Positions 9,089 to 18,436 are shown, counted from the stretch's first letter. The stretch is 27,945 nt of DNA from a virus (IMGVR_UViG_2695420817_000020); one strand, 5' to 3'. Notes: a model not told the origin generated them from the letters alone. Numbers and translations: made by a program.

Positions 9089-10318
9089 ATGAAACTGCAT
9101 GAACTGAAACAGAAACGTAATACTATCGCAACTGACATGCGCGCCCTGAATGAAAAAATTGGTGATAACGCATGGACGGAAGAGCAGCGCACTGAGTGGA
9201 ACAAAGCAAAATCCGAACTGGAAGCGCTTGATGAACGAATTGCACGCGAAGAAGAACTGCGTCGTCAGGATCAGGCGTACATTGAAAGCAATGAGGAAGA
9301 GCAGCGTCAGAATCTTGATCCGGAAAACAATCCGCAACAGGATGAGAAACGAGCTCAGGTTTTTGATAAGTGGATGCGTCACGGTGCCAGTGAGCTGACA
9401 TCAGAAGAACGAAAGGCGTTGCGTGAACTTCGTGCTCAGGGTGTAGCTCAGGATGAAAAGGGCGGATATACCGTACCAGAAACATTCCTGGCGAAAGTTG
9501 TTGAGAAGATGAAATCCTACGGTGGCATCGCCAGTGTGGCGCAGATTCTGACCACTTCTGACGGTCGCACTATGGAGTGGGCAACAGCTGATGGTACTTC
9601 CGAAGTTGGTGTTCTGCTGGGCGAAAATGAAGAAGCCGGTGAAGAAGACACCGATTTCGGTATGGGAAGCCTTGGGGCGCTCAAAATGACATCGAAAATC
9701 ATTCGTGTGTCTAATGAGTTGTTGCAGGACAGCGCGATCGATATGGAAGCTTATCTTGCCCGTCGCATTGCTGAACGTATTGGTCGTGGTGAAGCCCGTT
9801 ATCTGATTCAGGGAACTGGTGCTGGTACGCCTAAACAACCCAAAGGGCTGGCAGCATCAGTGACCGGCACAACACAGACTGCCGCGGCAAATGCGGTGAA
9901 ATGGCAGGAAATTCTGGCTCTGAAACACAGCATTGATCCTGCATATCGTCGCGGACCGAAATTCCGCCTGGCGTTTAACGATAATACGCTGAAACTGATC
10001 AGTGAGATGGAAGACGGTCAGGGACGCCCTTTATGGTTGCCGGATATTGTTGGTGTGGCACCTGCTTCAGTGTTGAATGTACCGTATGTCATTGATCAGG
10101 AAATTGATGATATCGGGGCGGGTAAAAAATTCATGTTCTGTGGTGACTTTGATCGCTTCATTATCCGTCGTGTGCGATACATGATTCTTAAACGTCTGGT
10201 TGAGCGTTACGCGGAATATGATCAGACCGGTTTTCTGGCCTTCCATCGTTTTGACTGTATCCTGGAAGACACCTCTGCCATTAAAGCGCTGGTGGGGAAA
10301 GGTAGCGTTGGTGGTTGA
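9089..10318 (+). CDS. Major capsid protein, HK97 fold, with N-terminal delta (scaffold-like) domain
   Basis: 409 aa. N-terminal 100 aa strongly coiled-coil and charged, followed by the capsid body. Follows the protease. Confidence 0.9.
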   Translation: MKLHELKQKRNTIATDMRALNEKIGDNAWTEEQRTEWNKAKSELEALDERIAREEELRRQDQAYIESNEEEQRQNLDPENNPQQDEKRAQVFDKWMRHGASELTSEERKALRELRAQGVAQDEKGGYTVPETFLAKVVEKMKSYGGIASVAQILTTSDGRTMEWATADGTSEVGVLLGENEEAGEEDTDFGMGSLGALKMTSKIIRVSNELLQDSAIDMEAYLARRIAERIGRGEARYLIQGTGAGTPKQPKGLAASVTGTTQTAAANAVKWQEILALKHSIDPAYRRGPKFRLAFNDNTLKLISEMEDGQGRPLWLPDIVGVAPASVLNVPYVIDQEIDDIGAGKKFMFCGDFDRFIIRRVRYMILKRLVERYAEYDQTGFLAFHRFDCILEDTSAIKALVGKGSVGG

Positions 10319-10344
10319 TTAGTCTTTTTACGTAATACAGCACG

Positions 10345-10364
10345 CCGCGTAATGCGGTTTTTTT
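10345..10364 (+). terminator. Putative intrinsic terminator downstream of the major capsid gene
   Basis: CCGC - GTAAT - GCGG short stem followed by TTTTTTT. A second 8-bp perfect hairpin (GTGCCCGC/GCGGGCAC, 10365-10386) lies just before the next RBS. Confidence 0.45.
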
Positions 10365-10396
10365 GTGCCCGCGTTCTGGCGGGCACAGGAGGTTTT

Positions 10397-10720
10397 ATGC
10401 TGTTAAAAATGGAAGAGATTAAGCTTCAGCTTCGTCTGGATGATGATTTCTCTGATGAAGATGAGTTGCTTGAACTGCTTGGGAAGGCCGCTCAGAGTCG
10501 GACGGAAAACTTCCTTAACCGTACGTTGTATGCAACCGCAGATGACAGGCCTGCGGATGATTCTGATGGGCTTGTGATATCTGATGATGTGAAGCTTGCG
10601 CTCCTGCTACTTGTCAGCCATTTCTACGAAAACCGCTCAACGGTTACAGACGTTGAGAAAATGGAGTTGCCAATGAGTTTTAACTGGTTGGTTGCTCCTT
10701 ATCGCCTTATACCACTATGA
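10397..10720 (+). CDS. Head-tail connector / adaptor protein (gp6-like)
   Basis: AGGAGG upstream of ATG 10397. About 108 aa, acidic, directly after the capsid gene. Confidence 0.7.
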   Translation: MLLKMEEIKLQLRLDDDFSDEDELLELLGKAAQSRTENFLNRTLYATADDRPADDSDGLVISDDVKLALLLLVSHFYENRSTVTDVEKMELPMSFNWLVAPYRLIPL

Positions 10721-11127
10721 AAATTCGTCAGGCGCAGACCAGCGCAACCTACATTCTGCCGGACCCCGGCGAACTGAATAAACGCGTCCTGATCCGCCAG
10801 CGGGTGGATATGCCCGCGGATAACTTTGGCGTGGAGCCTCAATACCCGGTTGCGTTCCGGGCATGGGCGAAGGTTATCCAGACCAGTGCCACCACCTGGC
10901 AGGAAACCGCGCAGACCGGAGATGCCATCACCCATTACATCACCATTCGCTACCGCCGGGGGATCACTGCTGATTATGAGGTGGTCTGTGATGACAGTGT
11001 GTACCGGGTGAAACGTCAGCGCGATCTGAACGGGGCGCGGCGCTTTCTGCTGCTGGAGTGTACGGAACTGGGCGAATTTACGCAGAGTCACGGAGGCAGC
11101 AATGGCGACTCCCTTTTTTCACGTTGA
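10717..11127 (+). CDS. Head closure / head-tail joining protein
   Basis: 136 aa, start overlaps the previous stop (ATGA). Conserved position in the head-completion module. Confidence 0.65.
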   Translation: MKIRQAQTSATYILPDPGELNKRVLIRQRVDMPADNFGVEPQYPVAFRAWAKVIQTSATTWQETAQTGDAITHYITIRYRRGITADYEVVCDDSVYRVKRQRDLNGARRFLLLECTELGEFTQSHGGSNGDSLFSR

Positions 11128-11608
11128 TGTTCAGCAGCCCGCGGAGATGCGCTTTAACCGCGCCCGTGTCCGGAGGGCGTTTGTCACGATTGGGCAGCGT
11201 CATATGCGTGATGCCCGTCGGCTGGTGATGCGCCGTGCGCGGTCGGCACCGGGTGAAAACCCCGGTTATCAGACCGGACGCCTGGCTCGTTCGATTGGTT
11301 ACATGGTGCCGAGAGCCAGTAAAAAGCGAGCCGGTTTTATGACACGCATTGCCCCTAACCAGCGCAACGGGAAGGGGAACCGGATGATCTCTGGTGACTT
11401 CTATCCGGCGTTTCTGTTTTTTGGTGTCCGGGGAGGAGCAAAACGTCGTCGTAGTCATCATCGTGGTGCATCCGGTGGCAGCGGCTGGCGGCTGGCTCCA
11501 CGTAATAACTTTATGGTGGAAACTCTTGAAAAGAACCGCAGCTGGACACGCTATTTTCTGGCGCGGGAATTGCGTAAATCACTGAAGCCGGAGCGACGAC
11601 ACAGATGA
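11102..11608 (+). CDS. Tail-completion component (HK97 gp10-like / Mu gp36-like)
   Basis: 168 aa basic protein with GGAGG RBS. Lies between head-closure and tail genes. Confidence 0.6.
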   Translation: MATPFFHVDVQQPAEMRFNRARVRRAFVTIGQRHMRDARRLVMRRARSAPGENPGYQTGRLARSIGYMVPRASKKRAGFMTRIAPNQRNGKGNRMISGDFYPAFLFFGVRGGAKRRRSHHRGASGGSGWRLAPRNNFMVETLEKNRSWTRYFLARELRKSLKPERRHR

Positions 11609-12165
11609 AACTGACGCCTGTTATTGCTGCGCTGCGTGCCCGCTGCCCGTATTTTGAAAAACGGGTGGCAGGCGCGGCACAGTTCAAAAATCTGCCGGAG
11701 GTCGGAAAGCTGAGACTCCCGGCGGCGTATGTGGTACCGGGTGATGACTCTCCGGGAGAAAACAAAAGCCAGACCGACTACTGGCAGGAGCTGAAAGAGG
11801 GCTTCTCCGTGGTTGTCATACTGAGTAACGGGCGTGATGAGCGCGGTCAGTTTGCCTCGTATGATGTGGTGGACGATGTCCGGCAGATGCTCTTTAAGGC
11901 TCTGCTGGGCTGGAACCCGGAAGCGTGCGGTAACCCGATTACCTATGACGGCGGCACGCTGCTGGATCTGAATCGTCATGAGCTGATTTATCAGTTCGAT
12001 TTTTCGGTCATCAGCGAGCTGACCGAAGACGATACCCGCCAGCAGGATGACCTGAACAGTCTGGATGAACTGCGAACGCTGGCGATTGATGTTGATTATC
12101 TCGATCCCGGTAACGGGCCTGACGGCGATATCGAACATCACACCGAAATAACCCTTCCTTCCTGA
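11605..12165 (+). CDS. Mu gp37-like tail protein (tail terminator/completion)
   Basis: 186 aa, overlapping start. Two genes upstream of the sheath, as in the Mu tail module. Confidence 0.55.
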   Translation: MKLTPVIAALRARCPYFEKRVAGAAQFKNLPEVGKLRLPAAYVVPGDDSPGENKSQTDYWQELKEGFSVVVILSNGRDERGQFASYDVVDDVRQMLFKALLGWNPEACGNPITYDGGTLLDLNRHELIYQFDFSVISELTEDDTRQQDDLNSLDELRTLAIDVDYLDPGNGPDGDIEHHTEITLPS

Positions 12166-12173
12166 GAATCTTC

Positions 12174-12344
12174 ATGTTTGTGAAACCTGTTAAAGGGCGG
12201 TCAGTTCCTGACCCTGCCCGCGGCGACCTTTTGCCCGCCGAGGGGCGAAATGTTGATGAGAACAACTACTGGCTGCGCCGTGAAGCAGCGGGTGATATCC
12301 GGCGCGTGAATAAAAAGGTGAATACCGATGACGATAAGCTTTAA
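12174..12344 (+). CDS. Small protein preceding the sheath (Mu gp38-like)
   Basis: 56-aa ORF whose 3' end overlaps the sheath start by 17 nt. Below the ORF-track cutoff; conserved position in Mu-like tails. Confidence 0.45.
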   Translation: MFVKPVKGRSVPDPARGDLLPAEGRNVDENNYWLRREAAGDIRRVNKKVNTDDDKL

Positions 12345-13824
12345 CACCATTCCGTCGAATACGCTGGTTCCGATTTTTTATGCGGAAATGGATAACTCGG
12401 CGGCGAATACTGCACAGGACAGCGGAGCATCGCTGCTGATTGGTCATGCCAATAACGGTGCAGAGATTGTTGCCAACAGTCTGGTGCTGATGCCATCGGC
12501 AGACTATGCACGCCAGATTTGTGGTGCGGGAAGTCAGCTGGCGCGTATGGTCGAGGCTTATCGCCAGACCGACCCGTTTGGTGAACTGTATGTGATTGCC
12601 GTTCCGGAAGCCACGGGCGCGGCGGCAACGGTTACGCTGACGGTGACCGGCGCGGCAACCGAAACCGGCACGGTGAATGTTTATGTGGGACGTACCCGCG
12701 TGCAGGCACCGGTGACCAACGGCGATAACGTCGCGACGATTGCCAGCAGTATCAAAGATGCCATCAATGCCGTTCCGACCCTGCCGTTTACTGCCTCATC
12801 TTCGGCAGGCGTGGTCACACTGACCGCGCGTCATAAGGGGCTTTGCGGGAATGAAATTCCTGTCAGCCTCAATTACTACGGCTTTGGTGGGGGCGAAGTG
12901 CTGCCAGCGGGCGTACAGATTGCCGTGGCGACGGGTACCGCCGGAACGGGCGCTCCTGTTCTCACCGGCGCGGTGGCTGCAATGGCGGATGAGCCGTTTG
13001 ATTATATCGGCCTGCCGTTCAACGACACAGCCTCCGTTAACACGCTGGTGACCGAGATGAACGATACCAGCGGTCGCTGGAGCTATGCGCGTCAGCTGTA
13101 TGGTCATGTGTATACGGCAAAGATCGGCACGCTGTCAGAACTGGTGACCGCAGGTGACCAGTTTAACCAGCAGCACATTACCCTGGCGGGATACGAAAAA
13201 GAGACCCAGACGCCTGCCGACGAGCTGGCGGCAAGCCGTACCGCCCGCGCAGCGGTGTTTATTCGCAACGATCCGGCACGTCCCACGCAGACCGGTGAGC
13301 TGGTGGGTATGCTGCCTGCGCCGAAGGGGAAACGGTTCACGATGACCGAACAACAGACCCTGCTGTCTTATGGCGTGGCAACGGCGTATGTCGAAAGCGG
13401 GGTGCTGCGCATTCAGCGTGATGTCACCACGTACAGGAAAAACGCTTACGGTGTTGCGGATAACAGCTACCTCGACAGCGAGACGCTGCATACCAGCGCG
13501 TATGTGCTGCGCAAACTGAAATCCGTCATTACCAGTAAGTACGGGCGTCACAAGCTTGCCAGCGACGGTACCCGCTTTGGTCCCGGTCAGGCGATTGTCA
13601 CACCGGCGGTGATCAAAGGGGAACTGCTGGCAACCTACCGTCAGCTTGAGCGTGCGGGGATCGTGGAAAACTACGAACTGTTTAAGCAGTACCTGGTTGT
13701 GGAGCGTGATGCCAGCGATCCGAACCGCCTGAACACGCTGTTCCCGCCTGACTATGTTAACCAGTTGCGTGTCTTTGCCGTGGTTAACCAGTTCCGTCTT
13801 CAGTATTCAGAGGAGTCTGCATAA
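12328..13824 (+). CDS. Tail sheath protein (Mu gpL-like)
   Basis: 498 aa, immediately followed by a tube-size protein and chaperone/tape-measure genes. Confidence 0.85.
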   Translation: MTISFNTIPSNTLVPIFYAEMDNSAANTAQDSGASLLIGHANNGAEIVANSLVLMPSADYARQICGAGSQLARMVEAYRQTDPFGELYVIAVPEATGAAATVTLTVTGAATETGTVNVYVGRTRVQAPVTNGDNVATIASSIKDAINAVPTLPFTASSSAGVVTLTARHKGLCGNEIPVSLNYYGFGGGEVLPAGVQIAVATGTAGTGAPVLTGAVAAMADEPFDYIGLPFNDTASVNTLVTEMNDTSGRWSYARQLYGHVYTAKIGTLSELVTAGDQFNQQHITLAGYEKETQTPADELAASRTARAAVFIRNDPARPTQTGELVGMLPAPKGKRFTMTEQQTLLSYGVATAYVESGVLRIQRDVTTYRKNAYGVADNSYLDSETLHTSAYVLRKLKSVITSKYGRHKLASDGTRFGPGQAIVTPAVIKGELLATYRQLERAGIVENYELFKQYLVVERDASDPNRLNTLFPPDYVNQLRVFAVVNQFRLQYSEESA

Positions 13825-14180
13825 TGGCCCGTATCGGGGGAACCTGTTATTTCAAAATTGACGGTCAACAGCTATCGCTGACCGGCGGCATTGAGGTGCC
13901 CATGAACAGGACGGTCAATGATGACATCATCGGCCTGGACGGTTCAGTGGACCGCAAGGAAACTCACCGTGCGCCTTATGTCAAAGGGACTTTCAAGGTG
14001 CCGAAGAATTTTCCGGTGAACAAAATCACCTCGTCTGATGAGATGACTATCACTGCCGAGCTGGCGAACGGTCAGGTCTATGTACTGTCGTCTGCCTGGC
14101 TGCACGGCGAAGCGAACCATAATGCCGAAGAAGGCACGGTTGATCTTGAGTTCCACGGTGAAGAAGGGGATTACCAGTAA
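13824..14180 (+). CDS. Tail tube protein (Mu gpM-like)
   Basis: 118 aa, directly downstream of the sheath with an overlapping start. Confidence 0.8.
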   Translation: MARIGGTCYFKIDGQQLSLTGGIEVPMNRTVNDDIIGLDGSVDRKETHRAPYVKGTFKVPKNFPVNKITSSDEMTITAELANGQVYVLSSAWLHGEANHNAEEGTVDLEFHGEEGDYQ

Positions 14181-14449
14181 TGAAAGAGCTTGAGTTAAAG
14201 AAACCGATTACTGCTCATGGCGAGACACTCTCCGTACTGGAGTTTGATGAGCCCACCGGGAAGGATGTCCGCGAGCTGGGGTATCCCTACCAGATGAATC
14301 AGGATGAGTCAGTCAAACTTCTGGCGCATGTGGTGTCGAAATACATTGTGCGGCTGGCGAAAGTGCCGCAAATCTCTGTCGACCAGATGTCTCCGGCAGA
14401 CCTGAATGCGGCGGCGTGGCTTGTGGCTGGTTTTTTCCTCCAGGCCTGA
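14180..14449 (+). CDS. Tail assembly chaperone (G-like, zero frame)
   Basis: 89 aa between tube and tape measure. Contains the slippery heptamer T TTT TTC near its 3' end. Confidence 0.65.
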   Translation: MKELELKKPITAHGETLSVLEFDEPTGKDVRELGYPYQMNQDESVKLLAHVVSKYIVRLAKVPQISVDQMSPADLNAAAWLVAGFFLQA

Positions 14450-14598
14450 CGGCTGAATACCTCACTGATCGCTTCTTTGACTGCGCCAGCTACTGGCGCA
14501 TTAATCCTTTCGAATTGCTGAATATGCCGATCAGTGAAATTCCCTTACTGGTCAGTCAGGCAAACAGGATAGAGCAGGAGAAACGCACACATGGCTGA
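14416..14598 (+). CDS. Frameshift extension of the tail chaperone (GT-like; reached by -1 frameshift, no independent start expected)
   Basis: The -1 frame is open from the slippery site to 14598 and overlaps the tape-measure start. Confidence 0.5.
   Translation: MACGWFFPPGLTAEYLTDRFFDCASYWRINPFELLNMPISEIPLLVSQANRIEQEKRTHG
14431..14437 (+). other. Programmed -1 ribosomal frameshift slippery site T_TTT_TTC
   Basis: In the zero frame the codons are GGT TTT TTC. The heptamer fits X_XXY_YYZ, and the -1 frame continues open for 56 codons. Confidence 0.55.
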
Positions 14599-16423
14599 AT
14601 TTGAGCTTAAGGCGTTGATCACCGGTGTCGACAGGCTTTCTCCCGCGCTGTCGAAAATGCAAAAGAAAATCCGGGGATTTAAACGCCAGGCGGAAGAAGC
14701 GTCACAGGGTGGGCTGGCGCTTGGGGGCGGACTGGCAGCGGGTCTGACGCTTTCCCTGAAATCTTATGCCGATCAGGAAAACGCCGCCACCGGGCTGAAA
14801 GTCGCCATGATGGATGCGAACGGCGAGGTTGGAAAGAGCTTTCAGGACATCAATAAACTGGCTATTGGCCTGGGTAACCAGCTACCTGGTACAACGGCTG
14901 ATTTCCAGAACATGATGCAGATGCTGGTGCGTCAGGGGATCCCGGCAGAAAACATTCTGGGTGGTGTGGGTAAAGCGACAGCTTATCTTGCGGTACAACT
15001 GAAAAAAACACCGGAAGCGGCTGCTGAGTTTGCTGCAAAGATGCAGGATGCTACCGGAACGGCGTCAGAAGACATGATGGGGCTGTTCGACACTATCCAG
15101 AAGGCGTTTTATCTGGGCGTTGACGATACCAACATGTTGTCCTTCTTCACTAAAACCAGTTCTGTTCTGAAGATGGTGAACAAGGATGGTCTTCAGGCTG
15201 CACAGAGCCTTGCCCCCATCAGCGTCATGATGGATCAGATGGGGATGAACGGGGAGTCGGCAGGTAATGCCCTGCGAAAAGTTATCCAGTCCGGATTAAG
15301 CGTTAAGAAAATCAGGGACGTTAATAAAGTTATGGCCCGCCAGAAACTCGGGGTACAGCTCGATTTTACTGACGGCAAAGGAAGTTTTGGCGGTCTTGAT
15401 AACATGTTCAGGCAACTGGCAAAGCTGCGAAAACTGACCGACGTTAAGCGAACAGGTGTACTTAAGGCAATATTTGGTGATGATGCCGAAACCCTTCAGG
15501 TGGTCAATGCACTAATCGATAAAGGAAAGGATGGCTACGATCAGATCCAGCAGAAGATGAATAAACAGGCCAGCCTGAATAAACGTGTTCAGGCACAGCT
15601 TGGTACGCTGTCCAACCTGTGGGAGGCAATGACAGGGACCGCAACTAACGGCCTTGCGGCTATTGGCGGCGCATTTTCTGGTGACGCTAAAAATATCACA
15701 CAATGGCTGGGGGAGTTGGGGGAGAAATTCACGAAGTTTGCGGATGAAAATCCCCGGGTTATTCGCGGCGTCGTCGGGCTTGCTGCCGGTCTTGCGATTC
15801 TGAAACTGGGATTGATGGGCGTGGGCAGTGCCATCAGTATTGTCAGCAGGATTATGTCGATGACGCCGATTGGCATGATTGCGACGGCGATTGCTCTGGC
15901 TGCGGGATTAATTATCACTAACTGGGATGTTGTCGGACCTTATTTCAAGAAGCTCTGGGAAACCATTGGTCCTTATTTTGAGGCAGGTTGGGAACTTCTG
16001 AAGAAGGTTTTTGCCTGGTCGCCGCTGGGGATGGTGATCAATAACTGGGGACCGGTTGTTAAGTGGTTTCAGGATATGTGGGACAAGCTGAAGCCAATTA
16101 TTGAGTGGTTTACCGACAGTTCCGGTGACACGGTCGATGCCATTAACTCTGCGCAGTGGGGCGCGGGTGCTTATGATGCTTATGGGACGGGAATACCGGC
16201 GCGGGGATACACACCTTATCCGGCGGTGGATCCGGCTCAGTCAAACAACGCCTCCGATGCCACAGGCTCGAATCCCTTCATGATTAACAAAGCTTCTGTG
16301 CCAAAAGTTGATGGTGAGATCAAGGTATCTTTTGTGAATTCGCCTCCGGGTATGCGGGTTATGGAAACGCGATCCAGCGGTTTTGATGTCAGCCATGATG
16401 TTGGCTATACGCGGTTCAGGTAG
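14591..16423 (+). CDS. Tail tape measure protein
   Basis: 610 aa, Ala/Gly-rich with hydrophobic C-terminal segments. Follows the chaperone pair. Confidence 0.85.
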   Translation: MAEFELKALITGVDRLSPALSKMQKKIRGFKRQAEEASQGGLALGGGLAAGLTLSLKSYADQENAATGLKVAMMDANGEVGKSFQDINKLAIGLGNQLPGTTADFQNMMQMLVRQGIPAENILGGVGKATAYLAVQLKKTPEAAAEFAAKMQDATGTASEDMMGLFDTIQKAFYLGVDDTNMLSFFTKTSSVLKMVNKDGLQAAQSLAPISVMMDQMGMNGESAGNALRKVIQSGLSVKKIRDVNKVMARQKLGVQLDFTDGKGSFGGLDNMFRQLAKLRKLTDVKRTGVLKAIFGDDAETLQVVNALIDKGKDGYDQIQQKMNKQASLNKRVQAQLGTLSNLWEAMTGTATNGLAAIGGAFSGDAKNITQWLGELGEKFTKFADENPRVIRGVVGLAAGLAILKLGLMGVGSAISIVSRIMSMTPIGMIATAIALAAGLIITNWDVVGPYFKKLWETIGPYFEAGWELLKKVFAWSPLGMVINNWGPVVKWFQDMWDKLKPIIEWFTDSSGDTVDAINSAQWGAGAYDAYGTGIPARGYTPYPAVDPAQSNNASDATGSNPFMINKASVPKVDGEIKVSFVNSPPGMRVMETRSSGFDVSHDVGYTRFR

Positions 16424-16522
16424 TGTACAAAATGATTAATGTGTTTTTGTCTGGCATAATTTGGGTTTTCAGCTTTAAGTAGTTAATATAATCATTCCTT
16501 ACAAATGATTGAAGGGATGATT

Positions 16523-17017
16523 ATGCGTATCTTTGTTTTTTTTATATCTGCACTTTTATCTTTTAACTTGGCTGCGGAAGAGTGTAAGTTCAGCTTTAAT
16601 GAGTCAGAATTAATCTCTTCTATAGGTATTGCACCAGTTAAGCAAGAGATAATAAAGGATGAAGGAATAACTAAGCGGCAATATGAATTCAGAAGAGAAT
16701 TATCTTCTGAAGAAATGCTTAGTGATGACGCTGATGAAAAATATGAGCCGCAGTTTTATATATCTGTTTATAATCCATCATGCCCACAAAAGGTTATTGT
16801 TTGGTTTTTCAAAGACAATAAAAACACAATGGATTTAAGTAATGAGGTCCTTGCTGGTAGAGCGTTCAAATATTTAACTGGTGTTAATGAAAGTATTTTT
16901 GAAAATAAAATGAAAAAGTTTTTAAAGGTACAGTCATTTGAATCTTTTGATGAAAGGACAGATTCTAAATTTATAAAGAGTGGTGATATTTATTCCATTG
17001 ATGTTCAACTCAGATAG
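16523..17017 (+). CDS. Hypothetical secreted/periplasmic protein (moron) with N-terminal signal peptide
   Basis: AAGGGA RBS before ATG 16523. N-terminus MRIFVFFISALLSFNLAAEE is signal-peptide-like. Codon usage strongly A+T-rich, unlike the flanking tail genes. The tracked ORF starts at 16505. Confidence 0.6.
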   Translation: MRIFVFFISALLSFNLAAEECKFSFNESELISSIGIAPVKQEIIKDEGITKRQYEFRRELSSEEMLSDDADEKYEPQFYISVYNPSCPQKVIVWFFKDNKNTMDLSNEVLAGRAFKYLTGVNESIFENKMKKFLKVQSFESFDERTDSKFIKSGDIYSIDVQLR

Positions 17018-17036
17018 TAATTAAAAATATTAGGTT

Positions 17037-17092
17037 CCCGCCACATCTTCTGCGATGTAAATAACTGACAAAGCAGATTTGGCGGGTTTTTT
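17037..17092 (+). terminator. Imperfect long hairpin plus T6; putative terminator of the moron
   Basis: CCCGCC...(loop)...GGCGGG with internal ATCT/GCAGAT pairing, followed by TTTTTT at 17087-17092. Confidence 0.4.
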
Positions 17093-17107
17093 GTATCCGG
17101 AGTTTAT

Positions 17108-18436
17108 ATGACGTGGAAAGACAGGCTTCAGGATGCGTCATTTCGCGGCGTACCGTTTAAGGTTGAAGAAGAAAGTGCGGGAACCGGTCGCCGTGTGGAA
17201 ACACATGAATACCCGAACCGCGACAAGCCCTATACCGAAGATCTGGGAAAAGTCACTTTCCGCCCGTCCATCACAGCTTATGTGGTGGGAGATGACTGCT
17301 TTGACCAGCGCGATCGCCTGATTGACGCGCTGAATAAACCCGGTCCCGGCACGCTTGTCCACCCGACATATGGTGAGCTGAAAGTCTGTGTTGACGGGGA
17401 AGTTCGGGTCAGCACATCGAAAAGTGAAGGGCGTATTGTCCGCTTTGACCTGAAGTTTGTCGAAGCAGGAGAACTCTCTTACCCCACATCAGGTGCGGCG
17501 ACGGCGCAGACGCTGATGTCATCCTGTTCTGCACTGGATGACTGCATCAGTGACAGCTTCAGCGGTTTCAGTATCGATGGTGTGGCGGATTTCGTGCAGA
17601 ACGACGTTATCGGTAATGCCAGCATAATGCTGGGGTATGTTTCTGATGCGATGAAAGTGGTGGATTCTGCCGTATCGGATGCCGCCAGGCTGTTGCAGGG
17701 GGATATCTCGGTACTTCTGCCGCCGCCATCGTCAGGCAAAAATTTCGTTGAGCAGGTGCAGAAAATGTGGCGTACCGGGAAACGCCTTTATGGTAACGCC
17801 AGCGACCTGGTCACCATGATCAAAACGCTTTCCGGTGTCAGCCTCGGCAGCGATCTGCAACCGCGCGGCGTCTGGAAAACGGACAGTAAAACCACCGCCA
17901 CGGCGACGCAGCAGCGTAACGTGGTTGCCAGCACCCTTCGTACGACCGCAATCAGCGAAGCGGCGTATGCCGTCACCCGATTGCCTGCGCCAACAACTTC
18001 CGCGGTGATGCAGAATTCCGCAGTGGGGCAGGCAACAACACCCGCGCAGAGCACTGGCTGGCCTTCCGTCACGCATCCGGCACTGAACAATGCACCGGCG
18101 GTGAAAAACACGGTTGACCTGCCGACGTGGGAAGAACTGACTGACATTCGCGACACACTGAATACGGCAATTGATAAGGAGTTGTCCCGTACAACCAGCG
18201 ATGCGCTGTTTCTGGCGCTGCGCCGGGTGAAAGCAGATCTGAATGCGGATATCAACACGCGCCTTGAACAGTCTGCACGGATCATTCAGCGCACACCGGA
18301 TGAGGTTTTACCCGCGCTGGTGCTGGCGGCGACCTGGTTTGATAACGCGGCGCGTGACGCGGACATTATCCGGCGTAATGCCATTACGCATCCCGGCTTT
18401 GTGCCGGTGATCCCTCTGAAGGTGCCAGTGCAATGA
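17108..18436 (+). CDS. DNA circulation protein (Mu gpN-like)
   Basis: 442 aa. N-terminus MTWKDRLQDASFRGVPF... resembles Mu N family proteins. Lies between tape measure and baseplate genes. Confidence 0.8.
   Translation: MTWKDRLQDASFRGVPFKVEEESAGTGRRVETHEYPNRDKPYTEDLGKVTFRPSITAYVVGDDCFDQRDRLIDALNKPGPGTLVHPTYGELKVCVDGEVRVSTSKSEGRIVRFDLKFVEAGELSYPTSGAATAQTLMSSCSALDDCISDSFSGFSIDGVADFVQNDVIGNASIMLGYVSDAMKVVDSAVSDAARLLQGDISVLLPPPSSGKNFVEQVQKMWRTGKRLYGNASDLVTMIKTLSGVSLGSDLQPRGVWKTDSKTTATATQQRNVVASTLRTTAISEAAYAVTRLPAPTTSAVMQNSAVGQATTPAQSTGWPSVTHPALNNAPAVKNTVDLPTWEELTDIRDTLNTAIDKELSRTTSDALFLALRRVKADLNADINTRLEQSARIIQRTPDEVLPALVLAATWFDNAARDADIIRRNAITHPGFVPVIPLKVPVQ

Noticed and set aside
9068-9838. Several minus-strand ORFs (9068..9382, 9123..9485, 9401..9838) and a plus-strand 82-aa ORF (9150..9398) across the capsid gene
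   Set aside because: All lie within the major capsid coding region. The capsid frame is strongly supported by size, position and N-terminal coiled-coil composition.
11551-12141. 196-aa minus-strand ORF antisense to the gp37-like gene
   Set aside because: Long antisense ORFs are expected in G+C-rich coding DNA. No RBS, and it would break the uniform operon orientation.
17788-18285. 165-aa and 114-aa minus-strand ORFs inside the DNA-circulation gene
   Set aside because: Arg/Ser/Ala-rich low-complexity products, antisense to a recognisable Mu N-like gene.
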